48,662 nucleotides of DNA from a virus (Duplodnaviria; Heunggongvirae; Uroviricota; Caudoviricetes): IMG/VR virus record IMGVR_UViG_2547132418_000015; one strand, given 5' to 3'. A model generated the notes under the pieces. That model made no database searches. It saw only the letters and a program-made list of their open reading frames with translations, and was not told the DNA's origin. Positions 31,371 through 40,611 of the stretch are shown here, in pieces; position 1 is the first letter of the stretch, and each line of letters starts with the position of its first letter. A program made the translations under genes and the position numbers.

Positions 31371-31592
31371 CTAGTATCGAGACGGCCAAATATCTTGCGG
31401 TGTCATTCCCAGTGCATCTGCAATGATTTTCTCCGCTTTCGGATATCTCTTATCCAAAGCATTTTTTAATGTTGAAGACGAAAGATGATTAGATCTTCCC
31501 AATTCAGCTAGTGACATATTGCGTTTTCGTAGCTCTGCAACGATGTCAGCTCTGTGCCAATCTTGGCGGTTAGTTCTTTTATTCATATGCAT
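31371..31592 (-). CDS. ner: Ner-like early transcriptional regulator
   Basis: 73-aa ORF ending ...[14 protein letters not shown], first gene of the early operon. Confidence 0.85.
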
Positions 31593-31777
31593 TTCATGTA
31601 ATCCTTTCAGATTCCCCCGCGAGCTACGCTATAAAGTAGCTCACGGCATATCGTGCAATGTAGTGTGGAATCACTTTCAAATCAATAGTGATTTGAAAGG
31701 ATTTGCCATGATTTCATATAACAGCATGATTTTTATATGAATTTATTTTGTCTCTATTGAAATCACTAGGATTTTAA
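31593..31777. promoter_or_regulatory. Divergent early/repressor promoter and operator region
   Basis: Between divergent ner and c; palindromes AGCTACGCTATAAAGTAGCT (31622-31641) and CTTTCAAATCA-ATAG-TGATTTGAAAG (31674-31699). Confidence 0.7.
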
Positions 31778-32302
31778 ATGATGTCTTTTGAAATCAAAGA
31801 ATGGTTTAATGCGAAAGAGCTGGAAGGGATGCCTGGTGTACCAAAGTTGGCGACTAACATTACCAGGAAAGCTGTGGCGGAAGATTGGGTAAAACGTCAG
31901 CGTCACGGTGGGAAAGGTGTCGCTTATGAGTATCACATCAACAGTCTGCCAGAAGAAACACGCAGGGCCATTAAAGGAGCCTCACTTTCTGATAAACCAG
32001 TGCATACATCAATCGCCCATACAGTTGATGAGAGGCTAATTTATGCAATGAGCTTCTTAACACCAGATGAGCAGGCCGCAGCTGTGGAGATCATTCGTGT
32101 GGCAGGGATTAAAGGACTTATGCCTACAATTGTCAGTAAAGATAAGGCATTAGAGGCATTAGGGATTACTGTGGAGCAACAGAAAACCCTGCAAACTCTT
32201 CAGGCATTACCACCGGAAAAAGTGAGAGAGATTTTGTCTCAGTATGAAGGCAAAGAACATAATTTCCCTGTAAGAGAAAACGATGTAAAGAAAGCTGTAT
32301 AA
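31778..32302 (+). CDS. c: Repressor c (Mu/D108 family)
   Basis: 174-aa ORF with AGGA ribosome-binding site; C-terminus ...KVREILSQYEG...KKAV as in Mu-type repressors; divergent from ner. Confidence 0.85.
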   Translation: MMSFEIKEWFNAKELEGMPGVPKLATNITRKAVAEDWVKRQRHGGKGVAYEYHINSLPEETRRAIKGASLSDKPVHTSIAHTVDERLIYAMSFLTPDEQAAAVEIIRVAGIKGLMPTIVSKDKALEALGITVEQQKTLQTLQALPPEKVREILSQYEGKEHNFPVRENDVKKAV

Positions 32303-32641
32303 CAACCAGGTAATAGCTAAGACATAAACTTCACTCCAGGCAATTACATATGTAAGATACCCAAACAGTGATGATTGTTTTTGACACACATCACTTGCTG
32401 AAAGCCTGGTTGTTACCGTTTTTGAAGCATTTTTGAAGCTGTACTTGAAATGATGCGTGAAGTAATTGCTTTTCGTGTCTTTAATGAATCAAAAGCTGTT
32501 TCCAACAATCTTTCGCGTTTCAAGATGTAACGGCTAAAATCTGTCCTACAGGCTTGCAAGCCCCACTAAATCTAATCCCGCCAAATCCCGAATAATCCAA
32601 TGTCCTCCCGGTTTTTTTCGTACTTCAAGTGAATCAATACA
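32303..32641 (-). other. Prophage left end with transposase binding sites; terminus at 32641
   Basis: Minus strand from 32641 reads TGTATTGATTCACTTGAAGTACGAAAAAAACCGGGAGGACATTGG...; repeated TTTTCGT-type motifs. Confidence 0.85.
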
Positions 32642-32654
32642 GTGCTGATTTATG

Positions 32655-32957
32655 TCAGACGGGATTTTGCTTATCAATTATTGAGAACAGAAATTTTCCT
32701 GAATCATCAATACTATACTTAGCAAGTAAAGGTGTTTTCTCATTTATCTGCTTGAGTGCAGGATCAAGGAAAGATCGTTTCAACTCTGCCAAGTTCTTCT
32801 GCTGGGATTCCGGTAAGACGAAACGGTCATTTAACCAAGCATGAGTAGTAACCCATAAGCCTGAAGATTTGAATTGAGCAAGACTTTCATAAAGGCGGAT
32901 CGTCCGGGGATTTCGAAGACTGCCACAATCGCGGAGCGAGTAGGTGGTGAACTGGTT
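32655..32957 (-). pseudogene. Remnant of a second Rep_3-family initiator gene (C-terminal about 99 codons)
   Basis: Minus-strand translation QFTTYSLRDCGSLRNPRTIRLYESLAQFKSSGLWVTTHAWL...INEKTPLL...DKQNPV aligns with the C-terminus of the rep gene at 40612-41334; cut by IS1 at 32957/32958. Confidence 0.75.
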
Positions 32958-32972
32958 GGTAATGACTCCAAC

Positions 32973-33476
32973 TTACTGATAGTGTTTTATGTTCAGATAA
33001 TGCCCGATGACTTTGTCATGCAGCGCCACCGATTTTGAGAACGACAGTGACTTCCTGCCCAGCCTTGCCAGATGCTGCCTCAGATTCTGGTTATGCCGCT
33101 CAATTCGCTGCGTATATCGCTTGCTGATAACGTGCAGTTCTCCCTTCAGGCGGGATTCATAAAGCGGCCAGCCATCCGTCATCCATACCACGACCTCAAA
33201 GGCCGACAGCAGGCCCGGAAGACGCTCCAGCGTGGCCAGAGTACGCTCACCAAAGACGCGTGCCACCACCGTCCTGCACATCCTGCCATAGGCGTAAAAT
33301 AACCAGCGCTGACGTGATTTAGCCCCGACGTAGCCCCACTGTTCGTCCATTTCCGCGCAGACAATGACGTCACTGCCCGGTTGTATGCGTGAGGTTACCG
33401 ACTGCGGTCTGAGTTTTTTAAGTGACGTAAAATCGTGTTGAGGCCAACGCCCATAATGCGGGCGGTTGCCCGGCAT
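32973..33476 (-). CDS. insB: IS1 InsB (transposase frame, made as InsAB' by frameshifting)
   Basis: 167-aa ORF ...[22 protein letters not shown]... Confidence 0.88.
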   Translation of the reverse strand: MPGNRPHYGRWPQHDFTSLKKLRPQSVTSRIQPGSDVIVCAEMDEQWGYVGAKSRQRWLFYAYGRMCRTVVARVFGERTLATLERLPGLLSAFEVVVWMTDGWPLYESRLKGELHVISKRYTQRIERHNQNLRQHLARLGRKSLSFSKSVALHDKVIGHYLNIKHYQ

Positions 33477-33670
33477 CCAACGCCATTCATGGCCATATCA
33501 ATGATTTTCTGGTGCGTACCGGGCTGAGAGGCGGTGTAAGTGAACTGTAGCTGCCATGTTTTACGGCAGTGAGAGCAGAGATAGCGCTGATGTCCGGCAG
33601 TACTTTTACCGTTACGCACCACGCCTTCAGTAGCTGAGCAGGAGGGACAACTGATGGAGATGGAAGCCAC
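33395..33670 (-). CDS. insA: IS1 InsA
   Basis: 91-aa [46 protein letters not shown]... Confidence 0.9.
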   Translation of the reverse strand: MASISISCPSCSATEGVVRNGKSTAGHQRYLCSHCRKTWQLQFTYTASQPGTHQKIIDMAMNGVGCRATARIMGVGLNTILRHLKNSDRSR

Positions 33671-33729
33671 TGGAGCACCTCAAAGACACCATCGTACACT
33701 AAATCAGTAAGTTGGCACCATTATCCGGC

Positions 33730-35650
33730 AGGCGATCTGGATTATCGTCACGCTGTTAAATATGTCGCGGTAGGGATACCCGTTACCGGATACCCCCCGC
33801 ACAGATCCCGGCGTGCGCGATTTACGCACCGGGCTCCTGCCTCGGGTGTCTGGCGGTGAACCGCTCCACAGGCCATGGATGAAGAACCCGAACCCTTGGT
33901 AGCCATGCGGCTGCCAGTTTGTTTGCTTTCGTCCAGGTCGTATCATCCTTCTGGCTCCTGCGCCTGAGCGCCCGGCGCCAGAGGTTTGTTACGTGTGTCC
34001 TGAACTTCTGCATGGTGGGGAAGTTGCCCGGTACCGAGTGATAGTTCAGGTATCCCTGAACCACTCTCCTGAGCCATTTTCCCTGTTCGGGGATTGAGTA
34101 ATGCCAGCGCCTTCGCAGACCGTCTTTGATGGCTTTCAGAGTTGCCGTCATCCGATCCCGGCGGGTCTTTCGTATCAGCATGAACCTGCCGTTGCGATCT
34201 TTCCCGCTGATGTGCGTGAACCCGAGGAAGTTGAACGTTTCTGGTTTGCCTTTTCCCCTGATGGCACGGTTTTCGGCAGCGAAGCGGCCGAACTCCATCA
34301 GACGGGTTTTCTCCGGGTGAACCGTGAGTCCGAACTCCCTCAGTCTGCGCTGCATGGCTATACGGAAGCGCCGGGCATCGTATCGTTTGTCGAACCCGAT
34401 GACGATGTCATCGGCGTATCTGACCATTACCACATTGCCTGTGGCATAGCGACGTCGCCACTGATGCGCCCACAGATCGAAGACGTAGTGGAGGTATATG
34501 TTTGCCAGCAGCGGTGAGATGACCGCACCCTGTGGGGTGCCTTCCTCCGTTGCTCGCCATTGACCCTCCTCCAACGTCCCGGCTGTGAGCCACTTACGTA
34601 TGAGCCTGATTACGCTCCGGTCGCCGATCCGATGCTCTGTGAACCTGATCAGCCATTCGTGGCTCACCCTGTCGAAGAACTGACTGATGTCGGCATCCAG
34701 TACCCAGTTTACGTTAGTGCGTACCAGCCCTGTGGCCAGTGCGTCCAGTGCATCGTGCTGGCTTCGCCCGGGTCTGAACCCGTATGAGAACCCCATAAAG
34801 TCGTTTTCATAGACTGCGTTCAGGATTTTCACCAGCGCATACTGGACGATCTTGTCCTCCAGCGAGGCGATGCCGAGCGGGCGTTGTTTTCCATCCGCTT
34901 TTGGGATGTAGTGACGCCTGCCGGGCTGCGCCCTGTAGCTGCCCTAATGTAGCCTCCGGTGCAGATCTGTTATGTTGTTCTTCATGTTTCCGGCGTAGTC
35001 CATCCACCTGATGCCATCCACTCCGGCGGCCGCTTTCCTGCTCAGGGAGAGGAATGCGGCTTCCAGTGCTTCGACTGTCAGCAGGTGGAACAATGCTGTA
35101 AACCGTTCTTTCTTCCGCTGCTTCGCAGCTTCCCGCACGCGTGACAGCCTCTGTGACATGCTTTCCCGGCTCTGTGTCCGGCGCATGTGTGGCTGTTCCG
35201 CGTTCCCCTTGGCCCCGCTCCTTCGCTCCACTGACTCCGCTCCTTTCGGGTTGTTCGCCTGCTTCGCCGCTACTATGAGCGAGTCCGACTTCTCCTCTCC
35301 GTACATCACCGGCTATGACTCCTCGTCTTCCCGGTGCGGGCCGTCTCCGACACTGGCAGATGGTCAGAGGGGAGATCTCCCGGTTCCCGCGTAGAGATCG
35401 TATTGACATGCCAGGGTCTCAGACCCCGCCGGGTCCATGTGGCACTCGCAGTATCGCACCCTATGATGTTGCCTTCCGTTAACAGTACAACGTCGGCACC
35501 CGGTAATTTAATATACATTTCGTGGCTCAATGGCTGGCCTGTCAACACCCCTGTCAACGCTTCGCCCCATACCTCGCGGTATGCAACGCATGACTCGGGG
35601 ACCTTGTGGATTGCTGGTCCTTCAATGGTCGGGGACTTTCACCCCTTGAT
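33730..35650 (-). mobile_element. Group II intron 1, boundaries approximate, 5' end possibly truncated
   Basis: Reverse transcriptase ORF; domain V-like GAGCCCGGTGCGTAAATCGCGCACGCCGGGATCT on the minus strand at about 33803-33836. Confidence 0.6.
33822..35309 (-). pseudogene. Group II intron reverse transcriptase/maturase interrupted by an in-frame TAG
   Basis: ORFs 34944..35309 and 33822..34832 are in the same frame, separated only by TAG at 34944-34946; motifs AAGVDG, FRPGRSQHDA, YADD. Confidence 0.8.
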
Positions 35651-35674
35651 CTCTACCGGTCTCCCGGTGAGCAC

Positions 35675-35690
35675 TGTATGTATAACCAGT
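35675..35690 (+). promoter_or_regulatory. LexA (SOS) box upstream of the umuD-like gene
   Basis: CTGTATGTATAACCAG fits CTG-N10-CAG, 26 bp upstream of the ATG. Confidence 0.75.
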
Positions 35691-35715
35691 AAAATTAGAG
35701 TGTCAGGAGGAAAGA

Positions 35716-36146
35716 TGAAACTACAACTTTTCAGCACCGGGAAAGAACTCCCGCCACAGGCCCATCCATTGTTTGCCGATCTGGCCAGCTGCGGTTTTCC
35801 CAGCCCTGCTGCTGACTATGTCGAGTCCGATCTGGATCTCCATGATTACTGCATACGGCATCCGAGCGCGACGTACTACCTGCGTGCCAGCGGAGACAGC
35901 ATGGCCGACGGCAGTCTGTACAATGGCGATCTGCTGGTTGTGGACAGTGCTGAAAAGCCGCGGCACGGCGATATCGTTGTCGCCAGCATGCAGGGGGAGT
36001 TTACGGTGAAACGGCTTCTGCTGACGCCGCGACTGACGCTGCAGCCCATGAATGCCTCCTGGTCGCCGATTTATCCTGATCCCGACGAGCTGGATATCTT
36101 TGGCGTCGTCACGCATATCATCCACCGCCCGAGGGAGATGTACTGA
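35716..36146 (+). CDS. UmuD-like translesion polymerase accessory protein
   Basis: 143-aa [37 protein letters not shown]... with Cys-Gly cleavage site; track ORF 35334..36146 is a spurious upstream extension. Confidence 0.88.
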
Positions 36147-37417
36147 TGTTTGCCCTGGCCGATGTGAACAGCTTCTATGCCAGCTGTGAACGTGTTTTCC
36201 GCCCGGATTTGAAAGGAAAGCCGATAGTCGTCCTGAGCAACAACGACGGGAATGTAATCGCTCGCAGTGCCGAGGCGAAGCCCTGGATCAAAATGGAAAC
36301 TCCGTGGTTTCAGATAAAAAACGAAAGATACCCGGAAAAAATATATGCGTTTTCAAGTAACTATGAACTTTATGCCTCGATGTTGGCGCGCGTGATGAAC
36401 AGCCTGGAGGAACTGGCCCCCAGAGTGGAACAGTATTCAATTGATGAGATGTTCCTCGATTTGACCGGCGTGGAGCACTGTATGGAGCTTGAGGACTTCG
36501 GCCGGCAGCTGCGTCAGCACGTGTATGACTGTACCCACCTGACCATTGGCGTGGGCGCCGGACCAACGAAGACCCTCGCAAAATCAGCCCAGTGGGCCTC
36601 AAAAGAGTGGAAACAGTTTCGTGGCGTACTTGCTCTGACCAGGGGAAATCCGCAGAGAACGCGGAAACTGCTTTCACTGCAGCCGGTTGAAGAAATCTGG
36701 GGGGTGGGTAACCGTATTGCACGCAAGCTGAATGTACTGGGCATTAAGACCGCGCTCGATCTCGCCCTGACGAACCCGGCCTTCATCCGCAAAAATTTTT
36801 CTGTGGTCCTTGAGCGAACGGTACGGGAACTGAACGGGGAAAGCTGCCTTTCGCTTGAGGAAGCCCCTCCGACGAAACAGCAAATTGTCTGCAGCCGCAG
36901 TTTTGGCGTGAAGATCACGGAGTACGAGTCACTCCGTCAGGCTATCTGTCAGCACGCAGAGCGGGCCTCTGAAAAACTGCGTAAAGAGCACCAGTATTGC
37001 CGGCATATTTCCGTTTTCATCAAAACGTCTCCGTTCGCCATTAAAGAGCCTTACTACGGCAACGTGGCTACGGAAAAACTTCTTACACCCACTCAGGACA
37101 CCAGGGACATCATTGCAGCCGCTACAACGGCTCTGGAGCGTATCTGGAGGGATGGGCACCGGTATGCCAAAGCCGGAGTTATGCTGAATGACTTCACCGG
37201 CTCCGGCGTTTCGCAGCTGCAGCTGTTCGACGAACGCCCGCCACGCCCTTACAGTGCTGAGCTGATGAAGGTTCTGGACGGGATCAACAACTCAGGGCTG
37301 GGTAAAGTATGGTTTGCGGGGCGGGGTATTGCCCCGGAATGGCAGATGAAACGGGAGATGCTTTCTCCTGCTTATACGACACGATGGTCAGATATTCCTT
37401 CAGCGAAACTGGCGTAA
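36146..37417 (+). CDS. UmuC-like error-prone DNA polymerase V catalytic subunit
   Basis: 423-aa [22 protein letters not shown]...SNNDG..., Y-family polymerase; start overlaps the umuD-like stop. Confidence 0.9.
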   Translation: MFALADVNSFYASCERVFRPDLKGKPIVVLSNNDGNVIARSAEAKPWIKMETPWFQIKNERYPEKIYAFSSNYELYASMLARVMNSLEELAPRVEQYSIDEMFLDLTGVEHCMELEDFGRQLRQHVYDCTHLTIGVGAGPTKTLAKSAQWASKEWKQFRGVLALTRGNPQRTRKLLSLQPVEEIWGVGNRIARKLNVLGIKTALDLALTNPAFIRKNFSVVLERTVRELNGESCLSLEEAPPTKQQIVCSRSFGVKITEYESLRQAICQHAERASEKLRKEHQYCRHISVFIKTSPFAIKEPYYGNVATEKLLTPTQDTRDIIAAATTALERIWRDGHRYAKAGVMLNDFTGSGVSQLQLFDERPPRPYSAELMKVLDGINNSGLGKVWFAGRGIAPEWQMKREMLSPAYTTRWSDIPSAKLA

Positions 37418-37419
37418 AA

Positions 37420-37498
37420 CTTTGGCGATTTCACCTTGAAATTCTCAGCCTAAACTGCCTAATTACAATAAGTTAGATGTGAAATCGCCATGGCGAAA
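37420..37498. other. P1-type partition site parS
   Basis: ATTTCAC/GTGAAAT heptamers and TCGCCA/TGGCGA hexamers flanking an AT-rich segment, immediately downstream of parB. Confidence 0.7.
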
Positions 37499-38476
37499 TT
37501 ATTGACTCAAATTTCTGTCAAGGACCTCGTTGATAGCCTTGTCCAGTTCATCCTGAATCACTTTTGACATACGGCTAAACTCATAAGTCAGCGTACGCCC
37601 TTTCACACGCTTACGCGCGAACTTGTCCTTTTCTTCAAAAGACCAGAGTGGGGAAACCACTGACTTTTCCTTGGGAGATGGATCTATCAATGCCTGAGAT
37701 GCCTGAGAAATCAGCTTCAGTATACTGGCTTTCTGTTCGTCTTCTGGTCGCTCGCCTTCACTCAAAATTGCATCGAGCTGAGCTGATACAGACTGAATGA
37801 GTTCTTCAGGCGTTAATCCCTTTTCACTGAGTTTTTCATTAACTTCTAAAAGAAGTTTATAGTCACTAAACGATAGCTCCGACTGAACCGGGAACAGAGA
37901 AATCAAGTCTTGCGGTACGGCCGCCGCCTGCAGCGCCCTGGTAACTTTAGCTTGAGATAACCCCTCCAGTTCAGCAATTTCCTTTTGATTAAATCCGGAC
38001 TCTTTAAGAGCGATCAATCTCAGGCCAATCTCCCGAAGATTATGTTCTTTAGCTGTCTGGATATCTTTAGCCAGTTGGCGAGCTTCATCAGCTGATAAAT
38101 GCTCTTCGGTAACCATTACATCAAGGCCTGTACGGACAAAAATTGCTGAGGCTCGCCGTCTTGAACCATCCAGTATCTCAATCCTTTCACTTTGCTTAAT
38201 ACCAATACAGGGAAAGAACTGCTGAAACTTAATCGTCTGGATAATGGATTTCAGGGATTCCCTGGTCAGTGCAAGTTGATCTCTTCCGTTGTTTTCCTGG
38301 TTTACGAAGGTCTTACTTTCAACTTCAGATGCAGGCACCCGAACAAACCTGAACGTTACCTTCCTGCCGGTTTTTAAGGTAAATACCTGGCTTCTACCGG
38401 TGTCCGTCATTTCCGCAATTGACGCCTGGGTATTTAACTGTCTGCCGATGGTTTTTCTTTTCTCATTCGACATCAC
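37499..38476 (-). CDS. parB: Partition protein ParB (P1 type)
   Basis: 325-aa ORF with ...IEILDGSRRRASAI... and GLSQAKVTRALQAA motifs. Confidence 0.9.
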   Translation of the reverse strand: MMSNEKRKTIGRQLNTQASIAEMTDTGRSQVFTLKTGRKVTFRFVRVPASEVESKTFVNQENNGRDQLALTRESLKSIIQTIKFQQFFPCIGIKQSERIEILDGSRRRASAIFVRTGLDVMVTEEHLSADEARQLAKDIQTAKEHNLREIGLRLIALKESGFNQKEIAELEGLSQAKVTRALQAAAVPQDLISLFPVQSELSFSDYKLLLEVNEKLSEKGLTPEELIQSVSAQLDAILSEGERPEDEQKASILKLISQASQALIDPSPKEKSVVSPLWSFEEKDKFARKRVKGRTLTYEFSRMSKVIQDELDKAINEVLDRNLSQ

Positions 38477-39678
38477 ATACCTCCGTTAGTACGAATGAAC
38501 TCGATGCGATCAAAGACTGCCTTCGCAAAGTCTTCCGCTGCTGATTTTGCGCTTTTTAGTGCCTCTGTACTTCCATCATAGGTTGCTGGATTTGCTGAAA
38601 TAACTGTGTCAAAAGTCTCCCCACAACGTTCGAAACCATCCAGTCTTGGCAGAACCATGTCTAGCATATCGGCACCGAAAACCTCTTTGGCCTGACTATG
38701 GCAAATTTTGTGATCAGACTTGTTCAGGATCTTGGACATGAAGCCGACATTACCGATGAGATTGCAGGTGTGCCCATCCATTTCGATGGAATCTATGAGG
38801 GCAGGGAGGCTGGCCACAAACTTCAGGGAAGAATGAAAATCAACCGTCGCCGGTGGAAGAGGGGTCAACATCAGGTCTGCCGCCCCAATGCAGTTTTTCA
38901 GGAACGCATCAAGGTGAGGACCACTATCAAGGAAAATAAAGTCGTAGTCATGCTGGAGCTTGTCGATAATGTTCTCTTTAAGCACCGCATGAATATTTTT
39001 CCCTGGCAGATGTTCTTCACACAATCCCTTCCAGCCTTCAGCAAGGAATGCATCGTCAATGGAAGCGGGGATTACATCAACACCAGGGATAATAGACGGT
39101 ACTATAAAATCGGAAAGTAATTCTTCACGAGACACGTTCTGGAGCATGGCCTGAGCAGCCGTATTTTCAACCAAGCCCACTGAATTCTCATGGCTCAGGA
39201 ACATTGTCAGAGATGCCTGCGGATCGAAATCGATGGCCAGAATACGCAGGTCTTCGAACAGAAGCTGAGGATGAGCTCGAAAAGCATGTGATAATGAAGC
39301 GGTAGAAACTGTCTTGGAACCACCACCTTTAAGATTACATACAAAAATCGTAAAGGCTTTATCGAAGCGATCCCTGTACTTCGGTACTTTACGATGGTTA
39401 TACAGATCGATGACATTCTGAATCGTCATCGCGTATTTCATCGTATTACCAGAAGGTTTCTTTTTAAAAATGTAGCCACCGGCTTCCATTTCGGACACAG
39501 CATACTCAACACTGCCTTTACTGAGCTTAGGCAGCTTATACAGAGCGGCTTTGCTGTATTCCTGATAGAACTCGGTAAGCTTCAATTCCTCTTTTTGCTG
39601 TCGGATACTTTCGCTCAAAGATGTCAGAAGCTTACCTGCACGTGTAGCGACTTTCCGTAACTGCTCAATATTGTCCAT
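38473..39678 (-). CDS. parA: Partition ATPase ParA (type Ia, P1 type)
   Basis: 401-aa ORF with deviant Walker A CNLKGGGSKT and an N-terminal DNA-binding extension. Confidence 0.9.
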   Translation of the reverse strand: MDNIEQLRKVATRAGKLLTSLSESIRQQKEELKLTEFYQEYSKAALYKLPKLSKGSVEYAVSEMEAGGYIFKKKPSGNTMKYAMTIQNVIDLYNHRKVPKYRDRFDKAFTIFVCNLKGGGSKTVSTASLSHAFRAHPQLLFEDLRILAIDFDPQASLTMFLSHENSVGLVENTAAQAMLQNVSREELLSDFIVPSIIPGVDVIPASIDDAFLAEGWKGLCEEHLPGKNIHAVLKENIIDKLQHDYDFIFLDSGPHLDAFLKNCIGAADLMLTPLPPATVDFHSSLKFVASLPALIDSIEMDGHTCNLIGNVGFMSKILNKSDHKICHSQAKEVFGADMLDMVLPRLDGFERCGETFDTVISANPATYDGSTEALKSAKSAAEDFAKAVFDRIEFIRTNGGM

Positions 39679-39684
39679 TTATCA

Positions 39685-39730
39685 CCTCATGACGTTTTTT
39701 GTCATTTTGAACAAAAAGTGTCATGTTGCA
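39685..39730. promoter_or_regulatory. par promoter/operator with inverted repeats
   Basis: ATGACGTTTTTTGTCAT palindrome (39689-39705) immediately upstream of the parA ribosome-binding site. Confidence 0.55.
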
Positions 39731-40070
39731 AGAAAAAAAATCATATTGTTTTGATTTCGCTCTCAACAGAAGGGGGATGAAGCTCGACGGGCGTGCTACT
39801 AAATCACACTGCAGCAACACGCAGACGCACTTTTGACCATCAACAGCAACTCATACAAAAGGGCTTTGAGAAAGGTATTCAACTTGCAAGACAGGAGAGT
39901 CATTCAGAAGGATTCTGATTTTAGTTACGACCAGTGCAATGCTGAGCCTTATGTATCAGCGCTCGCCGCAGCCATGTAACCGAGCGTAGCGAGCGAACTG
40001 GCGAGGAAGCGAAGAGGAACCGTTCCGGCAGATAGCTCTTACGCTCAGCACAAGAAGAGTTTTCCATCCT

Positions 40071-40565
40071 CTGTGGGAAACAGGTCAACTTTAATGGACG
40101 CTCCGGACTATGGGAAACAGGTCAACTTCGCGGACGGCCCGGACTATGGGAAACAGGTCAACTTCACGGGCGGCCGGGAGTGTGGGGAACAGGTCAACTT
40201 CGCGGACGGCCCGGACTATGGGAAACAGGTCAACTTCACGGGCGGCCGGGAGTGTGGGGAACAGGTCAACTTCGCGGACGGCCCGGATTATGGGAAACAG
40301 GTCAACTTCGCGGGCGGCCGGGACTGTGGGAAACAGGTCAACTTTGCAGACGGCCCGGACTGTGGGAAACAGGTCAACTTCGCGGGCGGCCGGGAGTGTG
40401 GGGAACAGGTCAACTTCGCGGACGGCCCGGACTAAGGGAAACAGGTCAGCTTCTCGGACGGCCCGGACTATGGGAAACAGGTCAACTTCTCGGACGGTCG
40501 GGAGTGTGGGAAACAGGTCAAGTTAGGCAAGCACTATGGGAAACACAGCAAGTTCAGTATCCCCC
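40071..40565. repeat. Array of 13 direct 36-bp iterons plus one degenerate unit, downstream of rep
   Basis: Unit TGGGAAACAGGTCAACTTCGCGGACGGCCCGGACTA repeated at 36-37-bp period. Confidence 0.9.
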
Positions 40566-40611
40566 CATATGTCAGCAACAAACTAAGGGGGGAGGAAATA
40601 AAAATTACAGA

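Larger units (their letters stand above)
693..32641 (-). mobile_element. Mu/D108-type transposable prophage, right side deleted (about 32 kb retained)
   Basis: Gene order c, ner, A, B, kil, gam, gemA, mor, C, lys, terminase, portal, F, G, I, T, sheath, tube, tape measure, baseplate; left end reads 5'-TGTATTGATTCACTTGAAGTACGAAAAAAACC on the minus strand at 32641; abuts IS26 at 692/693. Confidence 0.9.
32958..33725 (-). mobile_element. IS1
   Basis: InsA and InsB ORFs; end GGTAATGACTCCAACTTACTGAT at 32958; other end about 33725 with a divergent terminal repeat. Confidence 0.88.

Noticed and set aside
35334-35715. N-terminal extension of the umuD-like ORF (track start 35334)
   Set aside because: The extension crosses intron-derived sequence and the LexA box; the conserved protein begins at MKLQLF (35716) with a ribosome-binding site.
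40071-40565. Repeat array that could be taken for a CRISPR array
   Set aside because: The whole 36-bp units are near-identical with no variable spacers, there are no cas genes, and the array sits directly after a rep gene; these are plasmid iterons.
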